This document shows positions 21,375 through 31,109 of a stretch of DNA of 64,000 nucleotides, in pieces. Below the pieces are notes generated by a model. It did no database searches, was not told where the DNA came from, and worked only from the letters and a program-made list of their open reading frames with translations. A program made the translations under genes and the position numbers. This DNA comes from an uncultured Methanosarcinaceae archaeon (GTDB lineage Archaea > Halobacteriota > Methanosarcinia > Methanosarcinales > Methanosarcinaceae). The stretch spans positions 288,001 to 352,000 of the forward strand of contig CAWJYV010000010.1 of assembly GCA_963847185.1 (NCBI GenBank), given 5' to 3'. Position 1 is the stretch's first letter, and every line of letters begins with the position of its first letter.

Positions 21375-22610
21375 ATGAAAGGAAAAAAATGTTTTTTAAT
21401 AGGCTTATTACTTATAGTAATTCTCTGGTCGGGTTGTATTGAATCTACCGGAGAAGCTACCAGTGAATCTGAGAACATAACCATAGGAGCTCTTTTACCG
21501 CTTACGGGAAGCGTTGCTTCTATCGGAGAAGCAAGCCAGACAGCACTTGAAGTATCGACTGAGGATATCAATGGCTATTTCTCGGCACTTGGTTCCGGAA
21601 AGAATGTGAAAGTAATTGTTAAGGATACTGAGAGTGATCCTGCAACTGCTCTGGAACAGCTCAAAGAACTTGATAAAATGGGGATAAGGATAGTTATCGG
21701 TCCGCAGGGAAGCAGTGAGGCAGAAGCCGTTCTGGATTATGCAAACCAGAATGGCATTATTCTTCTGAGTACTGCATCAACAGCCTCATCTTTAGCGATT
21801 CCGGACGATAATCTATTCAGGCTTGTGCCTGACGACACCAACCAGGGAATGATACTGGCCACGTTGATGAATGATGAAGGGATAAAAACTGTAATTCCGA
21901 TATACAGGAATGACCTGTGGGGTAAAGGACTCGCTAGTGACATCGAAAAGAATTTTAAGGCCCTTAATGTCACAGTGCTTGAGGGAGTTGCCTATCAAAC
22001 CGAAAATGTGAACCTTTCCGCAGAAGTAGAGGTACTCAATGAAAAAGTAGTAGCAGCCTCTTCAGAAAATGGGAAGGGATCAATAGCAGTGGTTCTTTGC
22101 TCCTATGGAGAAGCAAGGGAGATCTTTGCTTTAGCCAAGAGCTATCCTGCTCTGTCAAAGGTCAAATGGTATGGCACTGACGGTATAGCGCTAAACAAGG
22201 AACTGATTAACGATGCTAATTCAGCCAGTTTTGCTGCAGCAACCAATGTCAAAGCGCCGATTTACGGATACGTGAGTGAAAATGACATGTGTCAGGTGGC
22301 TGAACCAAAAATTGAAGAACGACTTGGAAGAATTCCTGAGTCTTACGCATTGACTGCATATGACGCTCTCTGGATAGCTACATTTGTTGATCTAGATGCC
22401 ATTTCAGATAATGATAAAAGTGTAAAACTGGCAATGGATGTCATTACAGACACTTATCATGGAATTAGTGGATGGACAATACTCAATGAGAACGGAGACC
22501 GAAAATACTGGGATTACGGCATCTGGAATGTCACTGAAGAAAACGGAACTTACCAGTGGGAAAAGGAGAAAACCGTTATTATGAGGGGTGAAAAGTTAAA
22601 ATCTGTTTAA
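21375..22610 (+). CDS. Branched-chain amino acid-type ABC substrate-binding lipoprotein (orphan)
   Basis: Lipobox WSGC, ITIGALLPLTG, DTESDP, VIGPQGS, LFRLVPDD, AYDALW. Confidence 0.88.
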   Translation: MKGKKCFLIGLLLIVILWSGCIESTGEATSESENITIGALLPLTGSVASIGEASQTALEVSTEDINGYFSALGSGKNVKVIVKDTESDPATALEQLKELDKMGIRIVIGPQGSSEAEAVLDYANQNGIILLSTASTASSLAIPDDNLFRLVPDDTNQGMILATLMNDEGIKTVIPIYRNDLWGKGLASDIEKNFKALNVTVLEGVAYQTENVNLSAEVEVLNEKVVAASSENGKGSIAVVLCSYGEAREIFALAKSYPALSKVKWYGTDGIALNKELINDANSASFAAATNVKAPIYGYVSENDMCQVAEPKIEERLGRIPESYALTAYDALWIATFVDLDAISDNDKSVKLAMDVITDTYHGISGWTILNENGDRKYWDYGIWNVTEENGTYQWEKEKTVIMRGEKLKSV

Positions 22611-22741
22611 TAAATGGTGGTGTCTTCACACCATCAATTATGTTTTTATTATCTGGAATTTTGTCATTTTCTACAAAACTCCTTATTTTCCAATGATCTT
22701 TTATAATAAAGTTTATTTTGTAAAAAATTTGTTTATCCTTA

Positions 22742-22880
22742 TTTATGGGAATCAACTCTCTGAACCCCAAATTCAGGGCTAACAAAGTTCAATTCCTTGG
22801 ATTTTCCAGTAAGATTATGGGCTAATTCTCTGGCCTCTAGGAGTAATACAGACCCCCAAGTTGTCTGTTCACCTCATAAC
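22742..22880 (-). pseudogene. Casposase internal remnant 3
   Basis: QTTWGSVLLLEARELAHNLTGKSKELNFVSPEFGVQRVDSHK*, a direct repeat of ~20847-20985. Confidence 0.8.
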
Positions 22881-22934
22881 TGTCAGTGTGTGTTTAAATT
22901 TTATTGGCATACTACCTAAAGATAGTACAGGAGT

Positions 22935-23354
22935 ATGACATTATTGAACGAAGCTCTGCTCATTGCTCCCTGCGGAATGAATTGTTGCACTTGTGCGGCT
23001 TATTTAAGGAAGAGAAATAAATGCTCAGGCTGTAGAATTGATGCTAACAAACCTGTTACTCGGGTTATATGCAAAATGAAAACATGTGGAACTTTTACAG
23101 AAAACAAATTAACATTTTGTTTTGAATGTAAAGATTTTCCCTGCAAGAATTTAAAGCATCTGGATAAAAGATATCGTACGAAATACAGTATGAGTATGAT
23201 TGAAAATCTTGAAAACATTAAAAAACTTGGCATAGAGGAATTTCTAAATAATGAAAAAATAAGATGGACATGTACCAAATGCGGCGGCACAATCTGTGTT
23301 CATAAAGGCTATTGTTATAACTGCAGGAGAAAAGGCATCGATGATACATATTGA
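22935..23354 (+). CDS. DUF3795 Cys-rich protein
   Basis: APCGMNCCTC, CSGC, FCFECKDFPC, RWTCTKCGGTICVHKGYCYNC. Confidence 0.85.
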   Translation: MTLLNEALLIAPCGMNCCTCAAYLRKRNKCSGCRIDANKPVTRVICKMKTCGTFTENKLTFCFECKDFPCKNLKHLDKRYRTKYSMSMIENLENIKKLGIEEFLNNEKIRWTCTKCGGTICVHKGYCYNCRRKGIDDTY

Positions 23355-23483
23355 GCCTATCCCAGAACCCGAAAACTGCTTTTCGAATCTCGATTTTGAA
23401 ATAATCAGTCGAGCTACTGATCATAAAAGTAGTTATGAAATTCCTATGAATATGGAAACAAAAATTGGTTTTGGGATGAGCTC
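23353..23483. mobile_element. MITE-like element (~131 bp)
   Basis: TIRs GAGCCTATCCCAGAACC / GGTTTTGGGATGAGCTC. The left end overlaps the DUF3795 stop codon. Confidence 0.7.
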
Positions 23484-24005
23484 ATCCATAAATAGAAAAA
23501 AGAAAAAATTGCAGCGAGAATGAGGTTAGTTTTAGTATGATTTTTCCCTTCATTGTTCCCATCCACTCAGCTTCTTTTCAGTAAAAGTCCTGCTTCAAGA
23601 TACTTGATTTCAGTTTCCATTTCCGCAAGTTTCATCCAAGTAAGATAAACGTCTCTTAACAGTAAATAAAATGCAATTCCAACCATCAAATAGAAAGGAA
23701 ATCCAAAATGTGTTCCGATAGCAATCAATCCCAGAAGGAGAACAACAAGATATAAAGGCTCTTTTTTCATATCCATCATGTCTCGCCTCAGAGTCATGGC
23801 TTTAGCTTCACGGTGGCTTATATCTCCTCGTTGCACCATAAACCAAATGTCAAAATCACGTATAACCTTCGAACGTTGCATATTTCCTCATTGATTAGGA
23901 ATAAATAGTCAGCATACAAACCGCGGCCCCGGCTATACGGCTATATATCCATTCAAATTTATTGCACCAATACTATATATTTCAAGTCCTGTAAGTAGTA
24001 CAAAA
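23461..24005. repeat. 545-bp direct duplication, copy 2
   Basis: Near-identical to 8593..9137. Confidence 0.95.
23567..23881 (-). CDS. Small two-TM hypothetical protein, copy 2
   Basis: Differs from 8699..9013 at four residues. Confidence 0.6.
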   Translation of the reverse strand: MQRSKVIRDFDIWFMVQRGDISHREAKAMTLRRDMMDMKKEPLYLVVLLLGLIAIGTHFGFPFYLMVGIAFYLLLRDVYLTWMKLAEMETEIKYLEAGLLLKRS

Positions 24006-24034
24006 GCTCCAGCATAAGCTTGTTTTAGACTCAT
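23933..24034 (-). CDS. 33-aa hydrophobic peptide MSLKQAYAGAFVLLTGLEIYSIGAINLNGYIAV (possibly the start of a frameshifted longer gene)
   Basis: GGAGGAGG RBS. Its 3' part is retained in duplication copy 1. Confidence 0.45.
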   Translation of the reverse strand: MSLKQAYAGAFVLLTGLEIYSIGAINLNGYIAV

Positions 24035-24257
24035 CTTGTCTCGCCTCCTCCCTAGAACTCAACTTCCAATTAATGATTTTCATCATATTAACAAATGAAA
24101 CAAAAAAGGGAAATGCGCTCGCACCTGCCAGAAATGCTCTATAATTAACAAACGCCAATCCAGCTGTGGTAGTTAATAACCCACAGTTAAAACACCGCAT
24201 GGAATATCCAAAAGTAACAAGCAATGTGATACATCTCAACAGTTCTTTTGCCTTCAT
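23982..24257 (-). CDS. Small hydrophobic hypothetical protein (MKAKELLRCITLL...)
   Basis: AGGTGA RBS 4 nt before ATG 24257. Confidence 0.45.
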   Translation of the reverse strand: MKAKELLRCITLLVTFGYSMRCFNCGLLTTTAGLAFVNYRAFLAGASAFPFFVSFVNMMKIINWKLSSREEARQDESKTSLCWSFCTTYRT

Positions 24258-25000
24258 GCTGTCACCTACATAGGTTTTCCCTACTCCGCTATCGACCCCG
24301 TGACCCTGATACACTCAAGGTCATCAAGACAAACTTCTGTCTTTTCTGAGACGGTTTTGAACAGTCCATTCTTAATTTGGATCTCAAAAATCAGGCATGT
24401 AATGATATCTCAAATGAGATTTCTAACAAAGACATCGACCCCAAACATGTCCCTGGTCCACTCATCAAGAAGGATCTTCCATTCCTCAGATCATACCCCA
24501 GTTTCTCATAGAGAATGTCATAGAGAATGTCAGGGTTGCTTAGATCTTGGTAGCTCCAATGTCAGGAGATTTCGAGCAGAATGGATCATATACCGCATCT
24601 TATTGTTCCAGGCTTTGTATATTAAAAAAATAGACATTTTGTCACCAATATAATTTAAACAGTTCAATGATCTTGTCAGACTGAACCTATTTACGTCTCT
24701 TAATACTCATAAATTGCAAATTCTATCTGTAAGCCGGATTTATCGTCTTCTTTCTCAACTATGGATTCCTCTAAGGCAGTTGCAGTTTCATCCATTATCA
24801 GGTCCTTGATACTCTCAGTTTTTAATATCGAAGATAATGAAGAATCCTGATAGGGAGTCTTTTAGAAAGATACCACCTTACTTAGAGAAAAATATATTAA
24901 TGTATGAGAATTACACAGTATATTTATTACAATATTATTTTTAGAATCTATTAAAGTCCTGTTTCTAAAAAGCATTACTTACAGGTTAAGAGGCGATTAA

Positions 25001-26176
25001 ATGGCTGTTACACTAGATGAGAAAGAGCCTACTAAAAACATAAATCTTGAAGAGAAAATCAGAATCGAAAAAGACAGGCTTTTAAATTTCATAAAAGAAA
25101 GAAATGATTATATCAAAAGTTTACCTGAGATTGAAAAGAAAGCATTTATCGCTTCAATAGAAAAGGTAAAAGAAGGTACAGGTAAAATAGAAAGATTACT
25201 GCTGAAAAAGGGAACCAGCAAAGGCATTGATGACCTTCTTTTTTCTTTTGAAGAACTCCCTCTTTTCGGGAAAGAATACTGGTTCATGAAATTCACGTCA
25301 AATGACGGGTCCAGACGCCAGTTTTTTCTTATGTTCGGCAGGAGCGCAGGGGATATCGAGGTCAATGACAAGTATATAGAAAACAGCAGGATAATAGACA
25401 ATAGAACAGAGGGATATTGTATCTCCTGGGCCTATGACGAAATCCAGAGAAATATTACAGATGATCTTGGGATTATTCAAGTGAAAGATGAGAAGGTAAC
25501 CTGCTCTACCAGAGATATTCAGGCTGACTTCTATGGGTCCTTTCCGAAATATATGCTTGAGATTTCAAACGATGGAAAAAAGATTTGCTGTTTGGATATC
25601 AAAGAGCCAGCAGACGATAACTATGATTGCGAATTGTCTGAAGATTTCAAAAGCTTATTCGGGTACAGGCTTGCTAATCTGTATTTCGATTTTGGGGGTA
25701 TGTTGTTTGACAAGGATTTCTCCGGAAAGTGCTATGCCCAGAAAGTAATTGTTGTAGGGCCGTTTATACCCTGGAAATGGTCAAGAATTGTTTTCAGAAA
25801 CGGATCAATCCTGACCTACTACATACCTAATATCGAGATTGGAGGAGTAGAATACAATATACATAATTCCATGGACTTCTATGATGCAGAAACGAAGAAA
25901 ATGCATCACTTCAAAAAAGCCAAAGTGCATGAATACCCCTCTGAAAAAGGAGATAAAAGGTGGATTATTACCGCTGAAGAAGGAAAAGTGTTCATGGTTA
26001 CGAAGAGCTATTGTAAGGAATCGTTCAGTTTCATAAATAACTTCAATTTCAATTATATAGAAAATCTTGTCGACGTTGTTGATTTCCAGATCGAAATTGA
26101 TGATAAGGTTATAACACTGGAGGAAACCGGAAGTGGATTGGGTATGGTTGAAGATACTTCAGGATTCGTAATATAA
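25001..26176 (+). CDS. Hypothetical protein (391 aa), beta-rich, possibly a tocopherol-cyclase/AttH-like fold
   Basis: Long ORF, GAGG RBS, motifs KEYWFMKF and YAQKV..VGPFIPWKWSR. Confidence 0.75.
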   Translation: MAVTLDEKEPTKNINLEEKIRIEKDRLLNFIKERNDYIKSLPEIEKKAFIASIEKVKEGTGKIERLLLKKGTSKGIDDLLFSFEELPLFGKEYWFMKFTSNDGSRRQFFLMFGRSAGDIEVNDKYIENSRIIDNRTEGYCISWAYDEIQRNITDDLGIIQVKDEKVTCSTRDIQADFYGSFPKYMLEISNDGKKICCLDIKEPADDNYDCELSEDFKSLFGYRLANLYFDFGGMLFDKDFSGKCYAQKVIVVGPFIPWKWSRIVFRNGSILTYYIPNIEIGGVEYNIHNSMDFYDAETKKMHHFKKAKVHEYPSEKGDKRWIITAEEGKVFMVTKSYCKESFSFINNFNFNYIENLVDVVDFQIEIDDKVITLEETGSGLGMVEDTSGFVI

Positions 26177-26340
26177 ACCAGAGGCTACATTCTATAATTC
26201 AGAGATTGTCTTTTACAAATTCAGAAACTGCTTTACTCATGGATTAAGCTCTTAATTTGAGCATCTCAGGTGCTGAGCATGACGTTCTTTAAGTCCTATT
26301 TTCTTTCATTTTTTCGTTTCCTGTTTCCAATTTTTCTACA

Positions 26341-26526
26341 TTAACAATTTTGTTTTTTTGAATATTTTCTGGCAAATACCGATAATAAGACAAATATCAC
26401 TACCAGAGTTGATAAGTAAAAACTTGGTTTATCCTCAAACCATTCAAGGTACGCATTATATAACGCTATAAAGATGGCTATCAATGCGAATACACGCGAT
26501 ACAGCATCAGCAGAAATTGTACTCAT
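26341..26526 (-). CDS. Small two-TM protein (61 aa)
   Basis: GGAG RBS, two hydrophobic helices, basic tail. Confidence 0.6.
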   Translation of the reverse strand: MSTISADAVSRVFALIAIFIALYNAYLEWFEDKPSFYLSTLVVIFVLLSVFARKYSKKQNC

Positions 26527-26761
26527 CTTAACTCCATGAAAATTAAGTTATTGATTGTAAACTGGCTTGAAACAATTTAAGGTTTTTCTAATACACTGGA
26601 GTGTATTTACTATATTTCAATGCCTATTAAGTATATATCAATAACCTGACAATAAAGAGATTGTTGAATAATTCTCCGGAGAATATCAGGCTGTAGAACA
26701 CCAGACTGAAATATAAAAACAATAAGTCAAAAAGAAAAAGGAAAAGATCTGAGGGATAAAA

Positions 26762-27001
26762 ATGATTGTGAGAGATGATATTCATTCACAGATTGTTGCA
26801 GGCCTTAAAGGCGCAAAGTTTCCTATAAACACACCCGAAGCACTGCTAGCTGCTTTTCCTGCCGGTGCAGCTACTACATGCAAGTCAGGAGACCTCGAAG
26901 TTACTGCAGGAGAAGCAGGCAAACTGCTTACTGCGGAAGATTTCTCGTTCAAAGATGCAAAACAGGTAGCAGACACAATAGTTGACAGAGCAGGACTCTA
27001 A
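26762..27001 (+). CDS. MTH865 family protein
   Basis: IHSQIVAGLKGAKFPINTPEALLAAFPAGAATTCKSGD. Confidence 0.9.
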   Translation: MIVRDDIHSQIVAGLKGAKFPINTPEALLAAFPAGAATTCKSGDLEVTAGEAGKLLTAEDFSFKDAKQVADTIVDRAGL

Positions 27002-27098
27002 ATCCTGCTTTCTTTATTTCAGTTTGTTTATTTACTTTGTCTGACTTTTATTTGTAAATTGTTTTTATATCTGTTCTCCTAAGCCACCTTCTGAGTCT

Positions 27099-27132
27099 AC
27101 TTCTTAGTTTACTTCTTAGTTTACTTCTTAGT
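27099..27132. repeat. Tandem repeat, ~3 x 12 bp ACTTCTTAGTTT
   Basis: Directly visible. Confidence 0.85.
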
Positions 27133-27233
27133 GTCCTGACTTATACAAGTTTAAAATCCTTAGTACCCTACTTCGATACTCAGCAGCCTGCTGAACGAAG
27201 AAATACTTTATGAAAAATTGAAAGCAATTACCA

Positions 27234-27930
27234 CAGGCTGTCTCATAACCATTTTGAATTCTACAATTGGGTAATACCCATTTCAATTTTTAATTCATTT
27301 CCTACAAATAGATTAATTTTTATCAATCAACATAGCGTATTTGCTATTCTCTCTCGAGTTCCCCCTTTATTCCAGCCTTTACTTCCTCCCCCAACTATCA
27401 TTTTCAGCATATCTTTCAGGTTTTTCTCTTCTCTTTTTATGATGTCTGCTATTTTTCTTATATTATGTACAGTACACATCATAACAAATTCAATTCCTGT
27501 TTTCCTTTTTCCTCTCAACAGAAATTCCCTAAATCCTCTATCCTGTTTCATCTGTCCAAACACAGGTTCTACGGTAGACATTCTTTTCTGATACTTTTCC
27601 GTACCTTCCTCTGTGTTCAGTTTAGCCCTCATATTCTCCATTAAATGTTCTCGAGGATCTCTTGTTATCGTCCTTTTTTCACTCTTAGTACATGCATTTT
27701 TCAACACACACTGAGAACAATAATTGCAGACATAATATCGTAAATCAGGTTCTCCTATCCTCTTTTGTATTCTTGAAAAGGGAATTTCAAATGCAGCAGG
27801 ACAATAATAGCAGTCTTTTTCTTCATCATATTTAAAAAGAGATTTCCTGAATTTCCTGGTTTTTCCTTCTTTTTCAGCTTTATAGAAGTTGTCAGGAATA
27901 TAGGCATCAATTTCTTCTTTCTGTAAATCT
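27234..27930 (-). mobile_element. IS1182-family element remnant (3' part of transposase plus probable right end)
   Basis: IDAYIPD...FKYDEEKDCYYCPA...CSQC..KNAC...YQKRMSTVEPVFGQMKQDRGFREFLLRG...HNIRK. 5' truncated. End-like GTTATGAGACAGCCT near 27235. Confidence 0.88.
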
Positions 27931-28112
27931 CGTCATTGGAGAGATGAAAACAAAAGAAAATAGAAATTAAGTAGACAGAAAAAGGAGAAAGAGAAAAGAA
28001 GAGGAAGAGAAAAGAAAAGAAAAGAAAAGAAGAGAAAGGAAGTAGGATTTTGAGTGTATAATAGCGCTACCCATATTAATTAAACATAGGCAGCACATAT
28101 TTTTGATTTAAA

Positions 28113-28238
28113 AGCAGTAGCTTATCAGCCTTTTCTGAGATGTTACATTTGATTTATTTTTATTTGGATTATACATATACAGATTTAAATTTTTGTGCTC
28201 ATGTTTTCGGATGTTGATAATAAAGATAAGCTACTGCT
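28113..28238. mobile_element. MITE-like element (126 bp)
   Basis: Perfect 14-bp TIR AGCAGTAGCTTATC / GATAAGCTACTGCT around a non-coding AT-rich core. Confidence 0.55.
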
Positions 28239-28258
28239 AAGAGGGTTGTTTATCTTTA

Positions 28259-28384
28259 TTACTTTGCCTTTTTAGCTGGCTTTGCCGGTTTTGCTTCCTT
28301 CTTTGCAGGCTTTTCTGCTGCCGAAGCTTTTGCTTTCCCACAAGCAGCTCCTGCCTTTTGTGTATCACTCATTGCTTTTGGCAT
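28259..28384 (-). CDS. 41-aa K/A/P-rich microprotein MPKAMSDTQKAGAACGKAKASAAEKPAKKEAKPAKPAKKAK (not in track)
   Basis: GAGGTG RBS, BRE/TATA AAAAACTTATATATA about 60 nt upstream, strongly biased codons. Confidence 0.8.
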   Translation of the reverse strand: MPKAMSDTQKAGAACGKAKASAAEKPAKKEAKPAKPAKKAK

Positions 28385-28785
28385 AGTTAAACACCTCTTT
28401 ACTTATATATTATATAAGTATTTAATTAAACTGTGTTAAACATATATATAAGTTTTTAGTCAAAATATTCGCTTATTCAATAAATTATTAGTAGACTAAT
28501 TAACCAAAATATTACTTAGATTACCAATATATGATAACGATACAATAGTATACTGGTTCTAGATGAATAGTTGCAAAAATACAAAAGGTTAAACAGAACT
28601 TGAAATACCAAAAGGAGTGAGAAATAGAAAAATGCTGGATTCACCATTATTCATTAATATTGACGGTCATCTAATTTATGTTGGATTAAACGTAGATATC
28701 TAATGTTTGAAATTCATAAATGCTTTTAATAGGCTTTATTGACCAACCTGATTAGTTTTCTTTAAGATCTATGAAACTACAAGTT

Positions 28786-29205
28786 TTACTTCTTTTTCTC
28801 TCTACTCAACTTTCCAACTATGCCAGAAAAATCATATTCATTTTCAGAAATCTCTCTTTCCTTCTTTTTCTTTTCTACATTTTCAAGCCTCTGATCAACT
28901 ATGAGTTCTCCGATAGTAGTGACAAAACCTACCAGAAATCCCAATCCTACAAAAATATATACTATAGTAAAAGTTTTTCCAATGTCAGTTTTCGGAGTAA
29001 AATCCCCATATCCCACAGTTGTAAGGGTAATGACTGAAAAATAAAGTGAGTCAAGCCACCTCCAGCCTTCAACGCTGTGATAAAAGAAAGTGCCCATAGC
29101 AAGAGTCAGCGCAGCGATATACAGGAGAGCCCGAAACTTCTGGTCCTGAAGCAGCTTTTTGAGCACTCTTATAAACGTCAGTACCGTAAAAAGAAAAGGA
29201 ATCGT
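28786..29205 (-). CDS. Two-TM potassium channel (Ion_trans_2)
   Basis: Filter TLTTVGYGDFTP. The frame extends to an ACG at 29205 placed after a GGAGGGG RBS; track start is 29166. Confidence 0.9.
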   Translation of the reverse strand, partial: TIPFLFTVLTFIRVLKKLLQDQKFRALLYIAALTLAMGTFFYHSVEGWRWLDSLYFSVITLTTVGYGDFTPKTDIGKTFTIVYIFVGLGFLVGFVTTIGELIVDQRLENVEKKKKEREISENEYDFSGIVGKLSREKKK

Positions 29206-29483
29206 GGTCTTTCCCCTCCGAGAAACTACGTCACTAAACTTTCAGTCCGCCAGAGTGAGAGAGAAACAAAAAGCTCACCAAAAACATAGATTTGCTGAAG
29301 AAAATAGCCTGTAACTACTCCTCTATTATATATTTCCAATACATGGTTAAAAAGACATCTGTGAGAATTACTCCAGATTCTGTTTCCTTACTCTTGAAAG
29401 AAATACTATTCTAAACCATAAATAGTCCTGTTGAGTGAAACAGAGAGAAAAAGGCCGCGTACCCCCGAGATGCAACTCGGGCA

Positions 29484-30899
29484 TTAGAAGAGCTGACTCT
29501 CTCCCCTATCCCACTTCCAGAAGCTCTGCTTGAGCATGTAGAAAGAAAAAGGAATTAGCAGAAGGTCTGCAAGCACGTAATAAGGGCCAAACATCGAGAG
29601 GATGATATTGATTATCAGGAGAGGCATGACTGAAAGGGCGTAAAGAGCAAAGATCCTTCCGTTGTAGAGGTTTATAGAGGGAGAAAGCCCTGTCAGATAA
29701 ACAAGTATGGAAACCATGTAAAATGAGATCGAAATGAAGAGCAGTAGTGATGGAATCAAGGATGTGGGTTCTTTATTAAGGACAAGCAGAGTAAGAATCA
29801 GAAGCGGGATTAGATTAAGGAAAAAGTAACTATTGAGCTTGCTCTTTATCATGTCTGAGGGCCTGATGGGAAAAAATGCATAAGAAGCAAAGATATCGTA
29901 TTCTGTGAGCCAGTTATACATTGAAGATGAAAGTACTCCCAATACCAGGGAAAAAAGGACTAGAGTATTCAAAGCCGGGATAACCTGTCCAAGGGCTGAC
30001 AGCAGCATCCATATAAGGGCTACGGGGAGCAAAAATGAGAAAATAACTTTTCCGAGTCCTCCTTCGCTCCTTTTCAGGTCAAGAAAATCTTTTGCAACGA
30101 AAGCGGCATACCTGTACGATTCCAAATGTTCGCAAAGCCTGGAAAATGAGTTTGAAAAGCTCTTTTTAGTCTGGGGATAATCTACCTTCAGGAAAACGAG
30201 AGAAAAGGAAGAGGGGATGATTATAAGGGCAAAGGAAAGCAAAAACTGATCTTTTGAGGGATTCAGGAAAAGAGACAGGCTCGGCAGTCTATAGAATACA
30301 TTTGAATTCAGATTTTCGGAAGCAAAGAGCAAGAAAACGAATACAGCCAGCAAACCCGAAAGTAACAGTTTTCCCGAATGTGCATAAACAGTAGACAGGA
30401 AAAAAACCAGAGACAACCCTATCATGAAAGAAAGAGAGAGGGTTACGAGGAGAACAAGCAGAGTGTAAGGAAGCTGAAAGTCGCCTGAAGGAACAAGTTC
30501 TGCAGCAAGAGCAAAACCAGAAATGAAAGGCAGGACATAAAGTACAAAATAGTATAGAACGTCTTTTATAAGGAAGTTTGCAAAGATTTCTCTCTGGGAA
30601 ACAGGAAGTGTCCTCGAAGAATAAGCTATAAGGCTTGCCTGCCCGAAGCGCCTGTTCATAAATTCACGCCCCATGAGTCCGAAAGCTCCGACCATGCTAC
30701 CCAAAAGCAAAAAAACATAATGCATCCCTAGAGCTATCTGGGCATCGGTAAAAATTTCCCTGAAAACAGGTAGAACAAGGCTTACAAAAAAAGTGAACAG
30801 AAAGATGAAAACAGGAAAGAGGGAAAAGCCTCCGCTTCCAAAAATATTTGAGTGCATTCGCCATTCTTCTTTAATCATACTTTTGAATATGTCAAACAT
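29484..30899 (-). CDS. Polytopic membrane protein, probable ABC exporter permease
   Basis: About 12 TM helices, KEEWRMH motif, downstream of the ABC ATPase. Confidence 0.8.
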   Translation of the reverse strand: MFDIFKSMIKEEWRMHSNIFGSGGFSLFPVFIFLFTFFVSLVLPVFREIFTDAQIALGMHYVFLLLGSMVGAFGLMGREFMNRRFGQASLIAYSSRTLPVSQREIFANFLIKDVLYYFVLYVLPFISGFALAAELVPSGDFQLPYTLLVLLVTLSLSFMIGLSLVFFLSTVYAHSGKLLLSGLLAVFVFLLFASENLNSNVFYRLPSLSLFLNPSKDQFLLSFALIIIPSSFSLVFLKVDYPQTKKSFSNSFSRLCEHLESYRYAAFVAKDFLDLKRSEGGLGKVIFSFLLPVALIWMLLSALGQVIPALNTLVLFSLVLGVLSSSMYNWLTEYDIFASYAFFPIRPSDMIKSKLNSYFFLNLIPLLILTLLVLNKEPTSLIPSLLLFISISFYMVSILVYLTGLSPSINLYNGRIFALYALSVMPLLIINIILSMFGPYYVLADLLLIPFSFYMLKQSFWKWDRGESQLF

Positions 30900-31109
30900 A
30901 AAAATTCCCTGCTACAATCTGCTTATAGGATTCCTGCTGTAATTAGTCCATAAAATCCGTCAATAGAATCTTTCAATAGAGTCACAATGATCTATTTGTA
31001 GAACTGCTGCTGTAATTAATGAACTCCTGCTATAATCCATTACTTTTCATTCTTGGCTGTATACGTGTTCCAGGCACTACATTTTTTGAAAACACGGATT
31101 GACAGCTGC

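Noticed and set aside
24300-24860. Decayed minus-strand coding fragments and a 12-bp duplication; plus-strand track ORF 24300..24653
   Set aside because: No assignable family. The plus-strand ORF looks like a shadow.
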